Position numbers and translations under genes: made by a program. Positions 1-13,268 of a DNA stretch of 64,000 nucleotides are shown one piece after another. The stretch is taken from NCBI GenBank assembly GCA_964247055.1, contig OZ176050.1, forward strand, positions 10,912,001-10,976,000, written 5' to 3'. The stretch is from Paragordius varius (taxonomy: Eukaryota; Animalia; Nematomorpha). Under the pieces are notes generated by a model. It ran no database searches, was not told the origin of the DNA, and saw nothing but the letters and a program-made list of their open reading frames with translations. Position 1 is the first letter of the stretch; every line of letters begins with the position of its first letter.

Positions 1-74
1 AAAAGGGTCATGCATGAGCCATGTATTTTCCCCCACTATTTGGATAATTTTAGTAAAAGGTAATTGTAAAAATC

Positions 75-2304
75 TTAATTAAAGGTTGATTTATAGCACA
101 ATCTGGTCCATTTCAAAATGCAAAATAATATACCGGGTGAAATCGATGATGATATAGTTTTGGTCACTGTCGTAGTGGTTGTGACAAAATATATGCGCTG
201 TCTATTATTATTATTATTATTGTTTGTGCCAATGTTATCAGTGGGATCAGCACAGGCAATCGATTCATTTTGGGTGTTGCTATTTATGAATAGGAAATGA
301 TGATGTTGTTTAGATGACCCATTCAACAATGAAGATTGTGGAGAATTATTATTATTTGTATTATTATTATGGTATTTCAAATCGTCTTCCATTTCATTCA
401 TACGATAATATTCATCTTTATCATTGACAAGTTCGTAAAGTGTGGTTGGACTAAAACTACTTCTCCCATTAACTGTAACATTAAATACTTAATATATTGA
501 CGAAAAAATATACCCAAGTAAATTTGTAATCATAAATGGCATCGAAGCATTAAAGCAGTGGTTCCCAACTTATAAAGAACTCAAAAAAATATCAAATGTA
601 TTTAAAAATTAATCTGTACAATTTCGCACATCTCCCAATAAAATTATTTTAATATTTATGAATGCGTAAAGACTCTTTAATATTTAATGCATAACTTTTG
701 AGGGGTGCAATTGATAATAAGGGAAAAAACTTTGATTAAAAAAGGATGATTTTGGGGACCACTGCGCTCAAAAAGCACAATTCAACACAACAAATCAAAG
801 TCTCATACAATTCCTGAATGTATTATTGGAGGTTAGATTAAACGTGGTAGTGCTAGTGTTTGTCGTTGTTAGCACAAAAGTTGTAACATTCACATCTGTT
901 GTATTACCATCATCCTCCATATAATTATTAATGTTTGATGTAGATATCAGGTTTAGCCCATCAGTCGTTGTCCCATCAAAAGAACCTAACAGGCAAATGG
1001 GTAAGGCGGGAGAAGGACTTCCACAAACCTCAATGAGTAAGCGTTGCTCATATTCTTGATGTTTGCCGGCTTGCATTTCTTCTTTGGTAAAACTTGCTCC
1101 ATCCTCACCCATTTCATGCAAATACATACAATCCTAAAAGTAAATGAAAAAAAAATTGTCAGACACGAACATAATTGAAAACCCAAACCAGAGAATTCCT
1201 AAACGCAAATATTTAAACAAATCCATATACATAGGAGACACACACACAAAATTCTTTTTAATTCCATGAAAAACACTAATTTTCCGTTAAAAAAATGATG
1301 GGGCCATTTTTATAATAATATAACTTGTAACATTTAGTAATAGGTAGAAACCATCTCATAAAAAACTGTGATTTTCCAACGAAATATACATTAATCTATA
1401 ATTGTACAAAAAAATATTTATAGAGTGAGTTAAAAACAACTTACAGTTTTGGGACAAGAGGAACCCTTGAGGAAATGACTGCAATATTTTGTTGTACCAA
1501 GACTAGCCTTAACAGTCCTCCCGTCCATAGCATGATTTTGGTTAATGAATTGAATAGCTCTAAGCGCATCTTCGCTCCGGAAAAAAGTAATGTATGCACT
1601 TGCAGTGGGACCCTGATTACAATATTGCAAAATTAATAAATTAACATTAAATTTATAAATAATTAGTTTAATAATATAGCACGCATGTACCCCGGTGCCA
1701 GCATAAGTTGTACTGGTATTCACAACAACTTTGTTAATCTTCCCAAATCTACCAAAAAATTCTGGCTTTTTCAACACTTCAACATCGGCCAACTTTTGAG
1801 TTAATCCAACAACGAATAAAAGATTCTTTTGGACAACTCTAATTATACGTATAAAAAAATAAAAGATGAATATAATTTTAATATGTAGTGAAATATGAAC
1901 TATACCTGACTTGGGACAAAAGTTTTCGACTTTCCGACACCTTTTGTTTCTTTTGTAAATCCTTTTGCCTTTTCTCATTCTTAATTTTTTGCAATCTAAA
2001 AAATTATATATGTAGTTTACTCCTCAGTAGAAAGAGGCTTATATTCGGCCGGATCTTCAGGATATTGCTAAAAATATAAAAATTATATTACTTTTCTGCA
2101 AGCAGGACAAAGTCCATTCTCATTTGTCCGTATCCTATGCCAACAAAAACGGCATATCTAAAATAAATGATTAATTATACTTGATATCCACAAGTGCAAG
2201 GATAAAAATTAATGTCATCAATTTCAAGGGGTTCCATACATAATGGGCACTTCAGATAAAATAAAAATTAATACTTCAGAATGATCCGTTAGTTTTTGGG
2301 ACAT
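75..2304 (-). CDS. CNOT4: CCR4-NOT complex E3 ligase subunit 4 (RING-RRM-ZnF, low-complexity Asn/Thr tail). Exons 2304-2275, 2249-2181, 2157-2092, 2067-2021, 1995-1906, 1838-1691, 1612-1445, 1133-809, 472-75
   Basis: Spliced translation MSQKLTDHSE|CPLCMEPLEIDDINFYPCTCGYQ|ICRFCWHRIRTNENGLCPACRK|QYPEDP...VRVVQKNLLFVVGL...KASLGTTKYCSHFLK...DCMYLHEMG..SFTKEEMQAGKHQEYE matches animal CNOT4. All introns are GT-AG and phase-consistent. Last exon and stop are less certain. Confidence 0.95.
556..764. mobile_element. hAT-type MITE in CNOT4 intron
   Basis: TIRs CAGTGGTTCCCAA / TTGGGGACCACTG; TSD not clearly preserved. Confidence 0.6.
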
Positions 2305-3939
2305 TATTGTATTTTTTTGTGCTTTAGATATTAAATGGTAAATATTTTAGGTTTGACATTTGTTAAATCCTCATGTTGTGTGAAGCAATCGGTCTATAAG
2401 TTTTATAATTCGGTTGTCGTTAAAAATACGAATGAAAATAATCAGGTTTTCCAATAAATATTTGGATTTTTTTATATTTAAAAATTTTTTAAAAATAATA
2501 TTGCTGAACTTTCTAATTATATTTCACAATTGGATGCTATGCAGATAAATTTTCGGCTCGTTTATTAGCTTTAGTGAAAAATTGAATATAATTCGTACTG
2601 ATTTTCCTTCTAACCAGCGGTGATCAAAAATTTTAGAGGGCCTAAAAAATATATCTCTTGTCTCAGGGGTGCATCATGCCATACCGATAAATATTTTATA
2701 GCTGTGTGACGAACATTCTTATATATATTCTACAGAAGTTTATAAAATGCAAATATTTTAGGGCCATCAAAAAGCACTTTTAAACAATATTTTAAAAATG
2801 TTCGGGTATCTACCCTGTGTTCCTTTGTAAAAATTATTTATTGATCTGCCAAAATATAAGATTGAAAATTTATAAACATACAAAAGCTAAACTCGAAAAC
2901 CAGAATTCTCAGATAACAATGGAACCGCAAAAGCCTAAATACTCCAACCGGTATCAGTTTCTATTCCAAAATCGGTTTATTTTTAGGTAAGCGAGTTATT
3001 CCAGTTTCTTAAACTAACCCTGAGATTCATAATCTACTTTACGCACTTAAATAATATCCCAATTGAATAATTTATCAGATTTTTATGATGCTTTTGGTTT
3101 CGGGGTCATGTAGATTTTTTGAGTAAAAGACATGTTTATCGAAAAATTTATGTTATATAAGTTGTGTTTTTAACAATGATTTAAAAGAATCAAAACATTG
3201 TTAGTATATAAATCGGAGGTAGATAATATCGTCGAATTATATAAGAATTGTTTTTATAATATCTTTAAGTGTTTTATAAAGTTTCCACAATGCTCCAAAA
3301 TAAATAAAATCGTGCTTCACCAAAATTTTACAATAATGTAAATTGTAAAAATATCCATTTTTTCGAAATATTTTTTGCAAAGTTTAGCTTGTTTAGAATT
3401 TTTATTGGGTAATATCGGCACTTGCGTTTATTTCAAATTTTATTTTAGATAAAATTTAAAGGTTACGTAGCCCACTATAAAAATGTTAATTAAGATATTA
3501 TTATGCTTCTTCTATAAGGATATGATGTATTTTAATTCTTCCTACCTTTTCTTTTTGTCCGCGTTGACATATTGGGGTAGTTAAATCGTAGAGCTCAATC
3601 TTGTAAATAACTCTGTTTTAAAAGTTATTTGTCTCGTTTATTTATAACATTTTTTCCTGTATAAAATATAACTATATTTTTTGCAGTTTTATAACTTTTA
3701 GAGTCTAAAGTTGAGACAGATCGCTCAAAATGCAATTTGAAAGCTTACTTAAGTTAATTTTTTACATTTTTAACCATAATATTCATTCATTTGCCCATAA
3801 TATTAGCATAAAAAATTTAAAGAAAAAAATGGAGGTGAAAAAGTTTGAGTACCTTTTAGGGTAGTTTTATATCCCAGAGTAATTTTATATAATGGTATTA
3901 GAAGTATTAACACTTGGATACAACACATTCATTACCGTC

Positions 3940-4433
3940 CTTCGATTCAAATTGGGGTAGCTGGATACCCCGGGCCTGTCTAAAATTAAATATTTTAAAA
4001 ATTATGAAAGGAATCAAAATCATGGCAAAAATTTGCACTTATATAACATTAATAAACCGAAATATATAAAAAAATTTATTCAAAAATACTTGATATTACT
4101 TATTTTAAGCTAAAACCGAGAGAATTTAGTCAATGTAACATATGTGCATTAGCTAAATTTAAAAATAATACAAAATAAACCGCTGTTTCTATTTCTATCC
4201 ATGCTAAATGTAATTTAAATAAAAAATTAGCTTTAATTTTACCTTAAAATTAAATGAACACGAGATTTTGCAAAAATTTCGACGAAATTTTATTTGGATA
4301 TTTTGGCTTATTTATATATTTATCAGGATAAAAGCATAAATTTAAATTGGAACCATTTCCTTCATTATTTTTTGAAAAATCCTAACTCAAATTTAGACTA
4401 GGGTATTTAGATACCTCAATTTAAATCGAAGTG
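3940..4433. mobile_element. piggyBac-like MITE (about 0.5 kb); related copy at 43571-44098
   Basis: About 30-bp TIR (CTTCGATTCAAATTGGGGTAGCTGGATACCC / GGGTATTTAGATACCTCAATTTAAATCGAAGTG) followed by TTAA; body is colinear with 43571-44098. Confidence 0.6.
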
Positions 4434-5623
4434 TTAAAGGCATAACGTATTTTGGAATATTGCTGGCAAGAATTTTTTTAATTACCCAATATTTCAGGGG
4501 GAGGTTTAGGAGCTCAACGATTCAAAATATGGTGAGTTTGTAAAAATATCACAAAGGTGGAGTAAATTCGAATAGGCCTTAACGTGTTAATATAACCTCG
4601 TTTTTCAAGGACAAAAGCTGAACTTAGGAACTAGCGCATTCATATAAAAATACATGAAAAAATTAAAATAGCCTACAATTTCCGCAGAAAATTGCTTCTT
4701 AGCCATTTTTATATATTCCCATTTCACATGAGGCTCAGTTATTCTCGTCACATATGTAAAACTAAACCATTTTAAATTTAAACAGGCTTTTTCTTCGCGA
4801 AAAAATTTTAAAGCCCATGTTAAAAGCCTTTTTAGGAGTGGTGTTAAATTGAGTTATTTTTAATAAACAGTTTAGTCACATTCATTGCATAGTAAAAAAT
4901 ATTGAAAGTGTTTTTCCAAAAACTTCTATTTTTTGGCAAAACTGAGGGGCAAACAAAAAACTCTATCGAATTCGGCGTATTAAATGGTTAAAAATCATTT
5001 TGGAATTCGAATGGGCCTACACGTTCCCCCAACACGGTCTTCTTTCTACATTTCTTTATATGTATAGTTTTCCATTAGCCGATATAAAAAAACACAAATT
5101 TTTCGAAAATTGTGCTAATGTTATCGAGCTAAGGTTAATCAAAAAGGCAAAAAACACCCCTGGAAAATAAAAAATAAAGTATCGATAGCATTAATTATTA
5201 CCAAATTCCATTTTACCAAACTTCAAATTTATCCTAATGTCATTTCGCTATAAATCAAAATAAATTATAGGCATATGTATGAAAAAATCAAATTTATTAA
5301 AATTTACCATGTATGGTATGTATATTATAGCTATATGTAAAAACAATTGCATGTGCAATAAAATATTAAAAAATTGTTTAGTCATTAGTTAAGATAGACA
5401 CAGTGTTAGAAATATAAATTAATATATTTTTTGCCATATTAAAAAACTAACAATTAATTGACTAACGATAATTTATAATCGTATAATCGCGTTATTGCAA
5501 AATTTTTAGAAATACATGCTAAAAAAAGGTACGGTTGGCATATAAAAATTATTATTGTTAATAAAAATGAAGTTTTCGCACACACTCGTAAAAATATATT
5601 AACAAATACTGATAAAATGTGTA

Positions 5624-8600
5624 TTATTCACTAATTTCTTTCACTAAATATAATAAAAATTCGTGAGATGACATGCTATTTTCGGTGCGATCATCATACA
5701 AAAATGATTTGAAGAAGTAGCGATTATCCCCATCTTGTCTAAATATGTATGGAGAAAAAAATGTTAAAATAAAATTTACATAGAATATTAATGTATGAGA
5801 GATGATTGCTTACTTTATAACAATGGTTGGGACAGAAAATGGTTTTTCATTTTGTAAACACTCAATGAATCCATTAAGTCTGGATGTGGGTTGAAGTTCG
5901 CACTATGCATTGATTGAAATAAATAAATAAATTTATATGATATTAACCCAAATATAAACATTAATATATAATTTATTTTTTTATATAACTAACAAATAAT
6001 ATTACTAATAAAAAATTCAATATTTTTGTTTTTGTAAACGTTATTAAATAGCAAATTTTGTGAAAAACGAATTTTATGAGATAATCTTAATTCATTTTAA
6101 TAAATAACTAGTTTCAACATATTTCAATCATATAAATTATGTTTCAACATTGTAAAATATATATTAGGCGATTTAGTATATTACCTCAGTTTCATCTAAA
6201 TCTTTGTACAACATTTCGCTACTATTTGTAAGAAGCGACTTATCATTGTTATTATTAAAAACATCCCCATTAGTTAATTGACCAGTAAATGGGGTATTCT
6301 TTGCAGCATTAGATGGAAATAAATCGCTTAGTATGGAGGAAGGGACATACGGATTAACATAAAGTATAAGGCAATTCAGGCCTAAATCCATTAGGTAAAC
6401 TGTTCTTTCATCCATAGATTTATAGGTAAGTTGGTAAATGGGTATATATGAACAATACTTGGATGCATCATTTTGACTCTCCTACGCTCAAAAAAAAATT
6501 TGAAGAATTTTTTTAAAAAAAATCAAATTTTATACAAGATATACGCTGATGACACTATGACTTAACATTTTTTTAAAAAACTTTAGGGTTGTGTGTATGT
6601 ATCCAAAAATATATCTCCAAAAATATATCCAAAGTTTTACAATCAAGCGTAAAATTTTTTCGAGTTAGATAAAAACATAGCATAACCATTTAGGGGTAGG
6701 CTTAACTAAAATGAGACTAAAATAATTTAACCTTAGGATATTCAAGAGTGTGAGCGTATAAAATATAGCGTTAATTACCGTTATATTATCCGAGACTAGA
6801 TAATTGACATCGTACAAAGCTGGATATATGGAATTGACAAGAATATCTACAGGATCGGTTTGGAAATTTAATGTGGCAAATACCCTTTCCTCCATACTAA
6901 TGTGATTGTTTGATGCGATAACAAATGCGGGCTAAAACATAGATTGATATTTTGTAAACCAATATTTCAGATTTAAACAATCTTTTTTACGCAAAATCGA
7001 TAAAAATAGGACTTTTTTACACAAATTTACAAACGATTGATTTAAGTGATGATAAAACTATCTACGTATATAAAGCAAATAAATTTCATTTAACCATACA
7101 ATTTTAAAGAGTAATGAGTAATTAAGTAAAGTAAAAAGGTAATTATCTCAAAATATTTATAATAAATTGAGGAGAGAAGATATACATTTTTTAACAAGGC
7201 ATGTATTCGGTAAGGTATTAGAGTGCAATTTTGTGGGCACATAAGGGTTGAATATGTTACAGTTATATATGCATGAGTATTATAGGCTTGAAGGAAATCT
7301 TGAACCGATGTAATGATAGCTTCACGGGCCGAATGTAAGTTTGAATTGAGAAATCGCTCACTAGCTGCAATTTTTATGAATGAAACAAAATAAATTAATA
7401 TATTTATCAAATATTATGTAGAATTCTTTACCTTTTTAATTAAAGTTTAAAAATATATAAGCAAAAAATGCAAAAAATATATATTATACCCATGATTGCA
7501 ATCAAACTAACCACAACATCTTGATCAGCACCATTGATAATATCATCGAAAGAATTGCTAACTGGATAAGCTTGTGTTAAAACTCGTATTCGACGTTCAC
7601 CTTAAGGTAAATATATGTAATTAAAGGTTTTTTGAACCTAAAATTATATCAATAATACATTTCAAAATTTAACAAAAAGTACCAAATATAGAGTTATTCA
7701 TACTTCGCTAAATTTAATTTGGCTAAGATGCGATAAATTTATTTTAAAAATATATTAAGTTGGATTTAATAAATTTAAAATTATGAAATGTGACATAAAT
7801 TCTTATACCATGTGAAGTTGTGTATAAAATAGCGGCCTGTAAACACACTACATTGCTTTCCAACAAATCCTCATTCACATCGTAATGTACGGCAAAAGAT
7901 GTGTCAGGTTTAACGCAAGGTAGGCATAAGAGATTCGATGATCGCAAAAAATGATTCCCATAAAATGTAATGGGAGTTAAACCTAATGAAGGAAAGAAAA
8001 ATAAAAAACCGATAAATATGTATTTAATAAAAACAGATTCTTATAAAATGATTTGGATTGAATGGTATCAAACATATATTTCATATGCAAAAAAGTGTGT
8101 AACCCTAAAATTTTATCAATATAGTATTTGTTATCATGTCATTTTAACTAATTAATAAAATTTAATCAATTTTATTTTGGTATAAATACCAATATTTATT
8201 TTTAATATTATCCAGTTATGTCCGTGTATGACTCAATTTATAAACCATTAGACATGTTATTATTTTTAGGCAGGCCAAAATCCTAACTGTACGCACAAGT
8301 AAGTAGCTTATACTTTTGTACATCATTAATTTGTTAATTCATAAAGTATCGTATATTACCCTTGGAAGACCTGACACGTAAGACAGCCTCGAACCCTACA
8401 TCACGCGTTAAATACCGTTTCAAACATTGTTCAAAACGTTGGATTTGGAAAAGATTGGATGTTTCAGGGTGTGTCGGATTATCAATGTAATTAAGAAAGT
8501 GGTAAATACTACCAGCGCTATATTTGGCAAGCATTCCTATAAAATTATGAAAAACATATTATGCCTAATTGTACTAAACACTTTGAAAGTCTTATAAAAA

Positions 8601-11600
8601 TTTATTCTCTTTAGCTATTTATCATTATTACACTAATTCTAAAAGAAAAAGGTTGCTTTAAAGATTTAATTAAAAGATTGTTTAGGTAAAATCCTAGAAA
8701 AAGTTAAAGGTACAACCAGCAGTAGATACTATGAAAAAAACAATATTTACCAGAAAAATTTCAAGTGAAAAAAAATGTTTTTTCTTTGAAATGCAAACAA
8801 AAGATGTCAAATCAATTTATTTAAACTGACATATGTGATGAATTGTAAAAACACATAAATTCTGCATAATTAAAAATAATGAAAATCGAGCACAAACCTA
8901 TGGTTAAAAGATCCACACTTTCGGGTTGAGGTGTAATAAAAAATATATCGGTACACACATGATCATTATTCATATCAAGAGAGAGTCGTTTATAAAAATC
9001 TGTGTGTGGTGTCATGGTTAAACTTGAAACATCCTAAGTAAAAAATCATAAAATCGAAAAATGAAACCAAAAATAACATGTAATCAAGTAGAATTACAAA
9101 AATCTTATGGCCTAAATTTTCAGTAAAAATATTAAAACCAAGTCAAAAATTATTAATTACATACCAAAAATATGGTTTCAAAAAATATAAAATATTTATT
9201 ATACATCCAAAATTTTAGAAATTAAAAAAAATGACATACCTTTCCAGCGTTTGAAGTGTTAATTTTGGGTAACTCCCCAACACCTCTATCAGGTTGACTG
9301 CAAAGAAATAACGATATTCGACCACCCGTACCCTTTATGAGTTCGTGGCAAGTTTGTAGGACAGATCCTAAGCAATTACCATTGTTTGTGAATGTTGTTG
9401 CAGTATTTGGTGTGCTTGAATTATTAGGTATAAGTTTTGGGACTATATTAAAAATTAATTTTAAAATTAAAATTATTTACTAGACCATAAAAAATTCGTA
9501 ACATTGAATAAATGGTGTAAGGTAAGGTATATTAGATTTTAGCAATCCCTTGTAAAAAAAGTAGATGTTTATGAAGTACTAACCTCGAATAAATATAATT
9601 ATCTAGAATTATATTTCTAAGAATTGTGAAATAATTAGTTACTTTTTAATTAGGTGGATTTTATGGGCATGGACACATACAAACACGCATTACTTTATTC
9701 AAATTTATTTGGAAAATTATATCAATGGTTAATTAAAATAGTGTCAAACAAATTTATAAAACATTCCAAAACAAACACCAAAATAAGGAAATTCTGCGCT
9801 TTCAATAAATTTTAACGAAAAAAATCGACAATATGTTAATTTACAGTATCGTATATATGGGGCAAAAAAATGTCATAATTATTATTTAATTATTAAATTC
9901 ATTTTTTTTAAACAGCTATAATAAACCGTGAGGTAAAGACAGAGTCTTATTGTTAGTTGTTAATCCACCATTTGTGCAAGGTGACATTATATTCGCCGAG
10001 CTTGTTGATGTTATGCACCACATTGACGGTAATTGATATCGTAAAAAATATTGCACTGACTAAAAAATTTCGGGAATAAAGACCATAATTTAATATATTA
10101 AAATAATTCTCAATAGAAAAAATAGTAATTACTTCTTTGTATTCCATCAGATTGACAAGTAAGCCATCTTCACATGGGACAAAGAAATCTAAAGCAACAT
10201 TATATAGGCGGCAAATAAATTTATGTCATTATTAAAGAGACATTTTTTAGGCGTTTTTTTAGCCGCTAATTTGGGGCCTTTTCAAGTTGTTATGCATATG
10301 AGTATTTTTATTACTTTGAGTTCATTATGTGTAATTTTTTAAACAAAGAGTTATTCCGAAAGAAAAGCTTAACAAAATTTTAAGGGATGTTTGTAAATAT
10401 CACCTGTTATACAAAAAAACCGAAAAAACATTACTGTCGATTAATTCTTTTTCGATATTTAAAAAAATTTAGTTAAACCAAAACTTATAAAGTAAGTCTA
10501 TATTATAAATTATACCATTATAATCAGGACATTCAATGTGATTGGCAAGTAATGAGCCCGGGACAAATTGATAAAAATGCAAATGTGAATTGAAGGTGAC
10601 AAAACCAATTTGAGTTCTACTATCGCTCGGTATATCATCCAAGCAAACTAACAGCGTTTCACAAAATGTTTTAAGGTAATCTGTGGTGAAAAGAAGTGTT
10701 TGATATTAAAAATTCAATTTTATAATTCTTATAATTAATTATATGTATTTCGATTAAAAAATTATTCTTGATTGTAAAATAGGACAATTATATTCTTTAT
10801 AAAATTAAAAATATTTTTAGAAAAATATAAATTTAAAAATATTTGGGCGCTATGCCAACTAAGAATATTTCCATGATAAAAATATGGTTTTATAAATAGG
10901 ATTTCGGGATATCACTTAAAAAATAAACTTGAAAATTAATCATATTAAAAAAATTAAAATAAAAAATACTTGTTTTACAGGCTGAAGCGCTAACTTCAAG
11001 GACAAACAAATAAACGGCAGGTTGTGGAGGTCTAACCTAAATAAAGATAATAGAAATGTATAAATTCTTTTTTTTATGTTTCAAAATAATTGAATTTTAA
11101 CCAAAATATTTTTGTTTTTATTCATAAATATATGGGGCTTTCTCCGGTTCAAATAATAAAAGTCATTAATTTTTATAAAAAGTCAATGACATCAACTATA
11201 TTTGTAACCAAATAAAGTCCTAAGAAATAAGCAATCATATAGGTGTTTATAATATTATTGATATATTAAATAAGAATTTGCATAAATTCAGAAAATTCTA
11301 TAATGTACTACATCAAAGTTATTTTACAATGGTATATGAATGTTGAAATTTTCATGACTGGTTAATTTTTAAGTAATATTTATTGTCATGAATAAATTTT
11401 TAAAGGTGTATATATCTGTTAAATATCATCCATAGTTAGAAAATATACCATATAATCAGAGGATGCGATAAATTCAACAGCGCTTTGTTGCAATTCAATT
11501 CGTGTGTAAGGTTGCATGTAACCACCCGTGTTAGAATCAAAGTAATATTCTTCAGGAACTGTAAAAATTTTAAAAAAGGTAAATTTAAATTATTTTTTAC

Positions 11601-13203
11601 ATAAGTTTAATATGAAAAACGAAATAGAAAAGGCTCGAAATACAAAATGAGCTAAAAAGACATGTGATTGATAAAAAAACAAGATAGTTACCACAATATA
11701 GTTAAATATCAATTTAATTAAAATAAATGACTTGAAATTCTTTATATTACTCTAAAAGCAAATTTTGTAATTATTCACCCGGAAGTAAGTTTTATAAAAC
11801 TAAAAAATAACGTTTATATTGAGAATAATAAAAGATTTGAATTTACCATTAAAAATAAATTCTTTTAAAATAAAACATTTAAGACATTATTATTAAACAA
11901 AAAAAATTATATACATATGATTAATTTTTTTAACAAATTAAAGGGTTTGTCAAAACATAAAAATATAATTTTTAGTATTTTAATTACGAATCAGAAAAAA
12001 CGTCTTCTTTTTTGAAAAAAAAATATTATTAAAGAAACCATTTTTTTTTTAAAAAACGAAGCCATAATTTCAGTAAACTTACGTTCATTTGTGCGATAAC
12101 ATATATTACACCTCCAATGCCGATTATCGAGAAGCACAACAAATGGATTAATATATGTGCGACACACACGACACCTTGACATCACTTGATCCGTTATAAG
12201 GGGTAGTTCCTAAAACGAAAATTAAAATATTTGAGTTTTTTTGAAACCGTTTTGCAACTTAAACAATAATTTTAACAGTTTCTCCCTTTTTTTGATAGGC
12301 CGAAATGGCGATTAATAACGGTTTCAATATTTTTTTAATTTTTAATTATTTTAAATCAAAAAGATTTTTTTAGATAAAAGAAGCATACAATCCTAAATTA
12401 AAAGTTTGTTTTTGCCAATTATAAAATGGAAGCTAAATCAAAATTATTTGACAAAAAACAATGGATTTGAAACCATTTTTTGTCCTTAAAAAAATATGCG
12501 AAACCAAAACCACCCATAAAACAATTCTAAAATTTTTAATGGAAAATAATTTGTTTACGTAAAAATTTAAAAAAAAATAAAGTAAAATAGTAAACTTGTT
12601 TATCGTTAAATGGATGGATCATTAATCCTAAAGGCAATCGCACTTTATCGAGAAGATTGTGAGTTTGTGGGATGGTGGTTAGCGAACATCGCATAAATCT
12701 AAAAGTGTATGAATTTTATGAAAAAACACTTATTTTTTATAAAAATGATATAATAAAATATTTCCTTACTCCGTGGAGCAGTTAATAGATTCAAAGTGCT
12801 CATTTAGAGATGGAACAGGAGCTTTTTCCGCCTCATACGGAAATATTTGGTTGTATTGAAAGAGATTGATAGGGCGGTTAATATGGTATTTCTAAAAATA
12901 AAATTTTAGATTTTTAAAAAATTTAACTAAATATATACATACATTCTTTTGGGTGTAGTTTTGCTGATATCCTGGCAATCCTGAATGGTACTGTTGTAAA
13001 CAAGTTTGATCTTTTTGTTGATAAAGGGACATGTTATTAAAATCATTGGCCAAATTGGCATGACCATTCATATGTAAATACGGTTGTGGATTCGCATTAT
13101 TATATAATTTATGATTTTGATTCATATGAGTAGCTTGATCATTATTGTTGATATAATTTGGATTCATATTTTCGTGATTAAGGTGAAAATTTTGGGAAAA
13201 CAT
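5624..13203 (-). CDS. SEC24: COPII coat cargo adaptor Sec24 (SEC24A/B type), about 19 exons
   Basis: Exons encode [30 protein letters not shown], the Zn finger [35 protein letters not shown] (vWA), [35 protein letters not shown] and C-terminal [14 protein letters not shown]. First exons 13203-12943, 12891-12770, 12698-12596, 12209-12083, 11558-11449, 11036-10970, 10680-10516 are phase-checked; last exon ends at TAA 5624. Confidence 0.95.
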
Positions 13204-13268
13204 TTATACTGTGATGTGGTAAAACACCCTTACATGTGATTTCATGTTTGAATTAAATTAACTACGGC
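13204..13268. promoter_or_regulatory. Putative bidirectional promoter / overlapping 5' UTRs of SEC24 and MICOS13
   Basis: Divergent ATGs at 13203 (-) and 13269 (+), 65 bp apart. Confidence 0.5.

Noticed and set aside
118-300. Plus-strand hydrophobic ORF, and similar short ORFs at 986-1186, 28311-28529, 36853-37086, 63030-63268
   Set aside because: Antisense or alternate-frame shadows of real exons and low-complexity Asn/Thr codons
1996-2274. Ciliate origin or alternative genetic code suggested by roughly 25-nt introns
   Set aside because: Exons contain no in-frame TAA/TAG, genes end in TAA/TGA normally, and the proteins (CNOT4, AMFR, MIC13, GPCR) are animal-type
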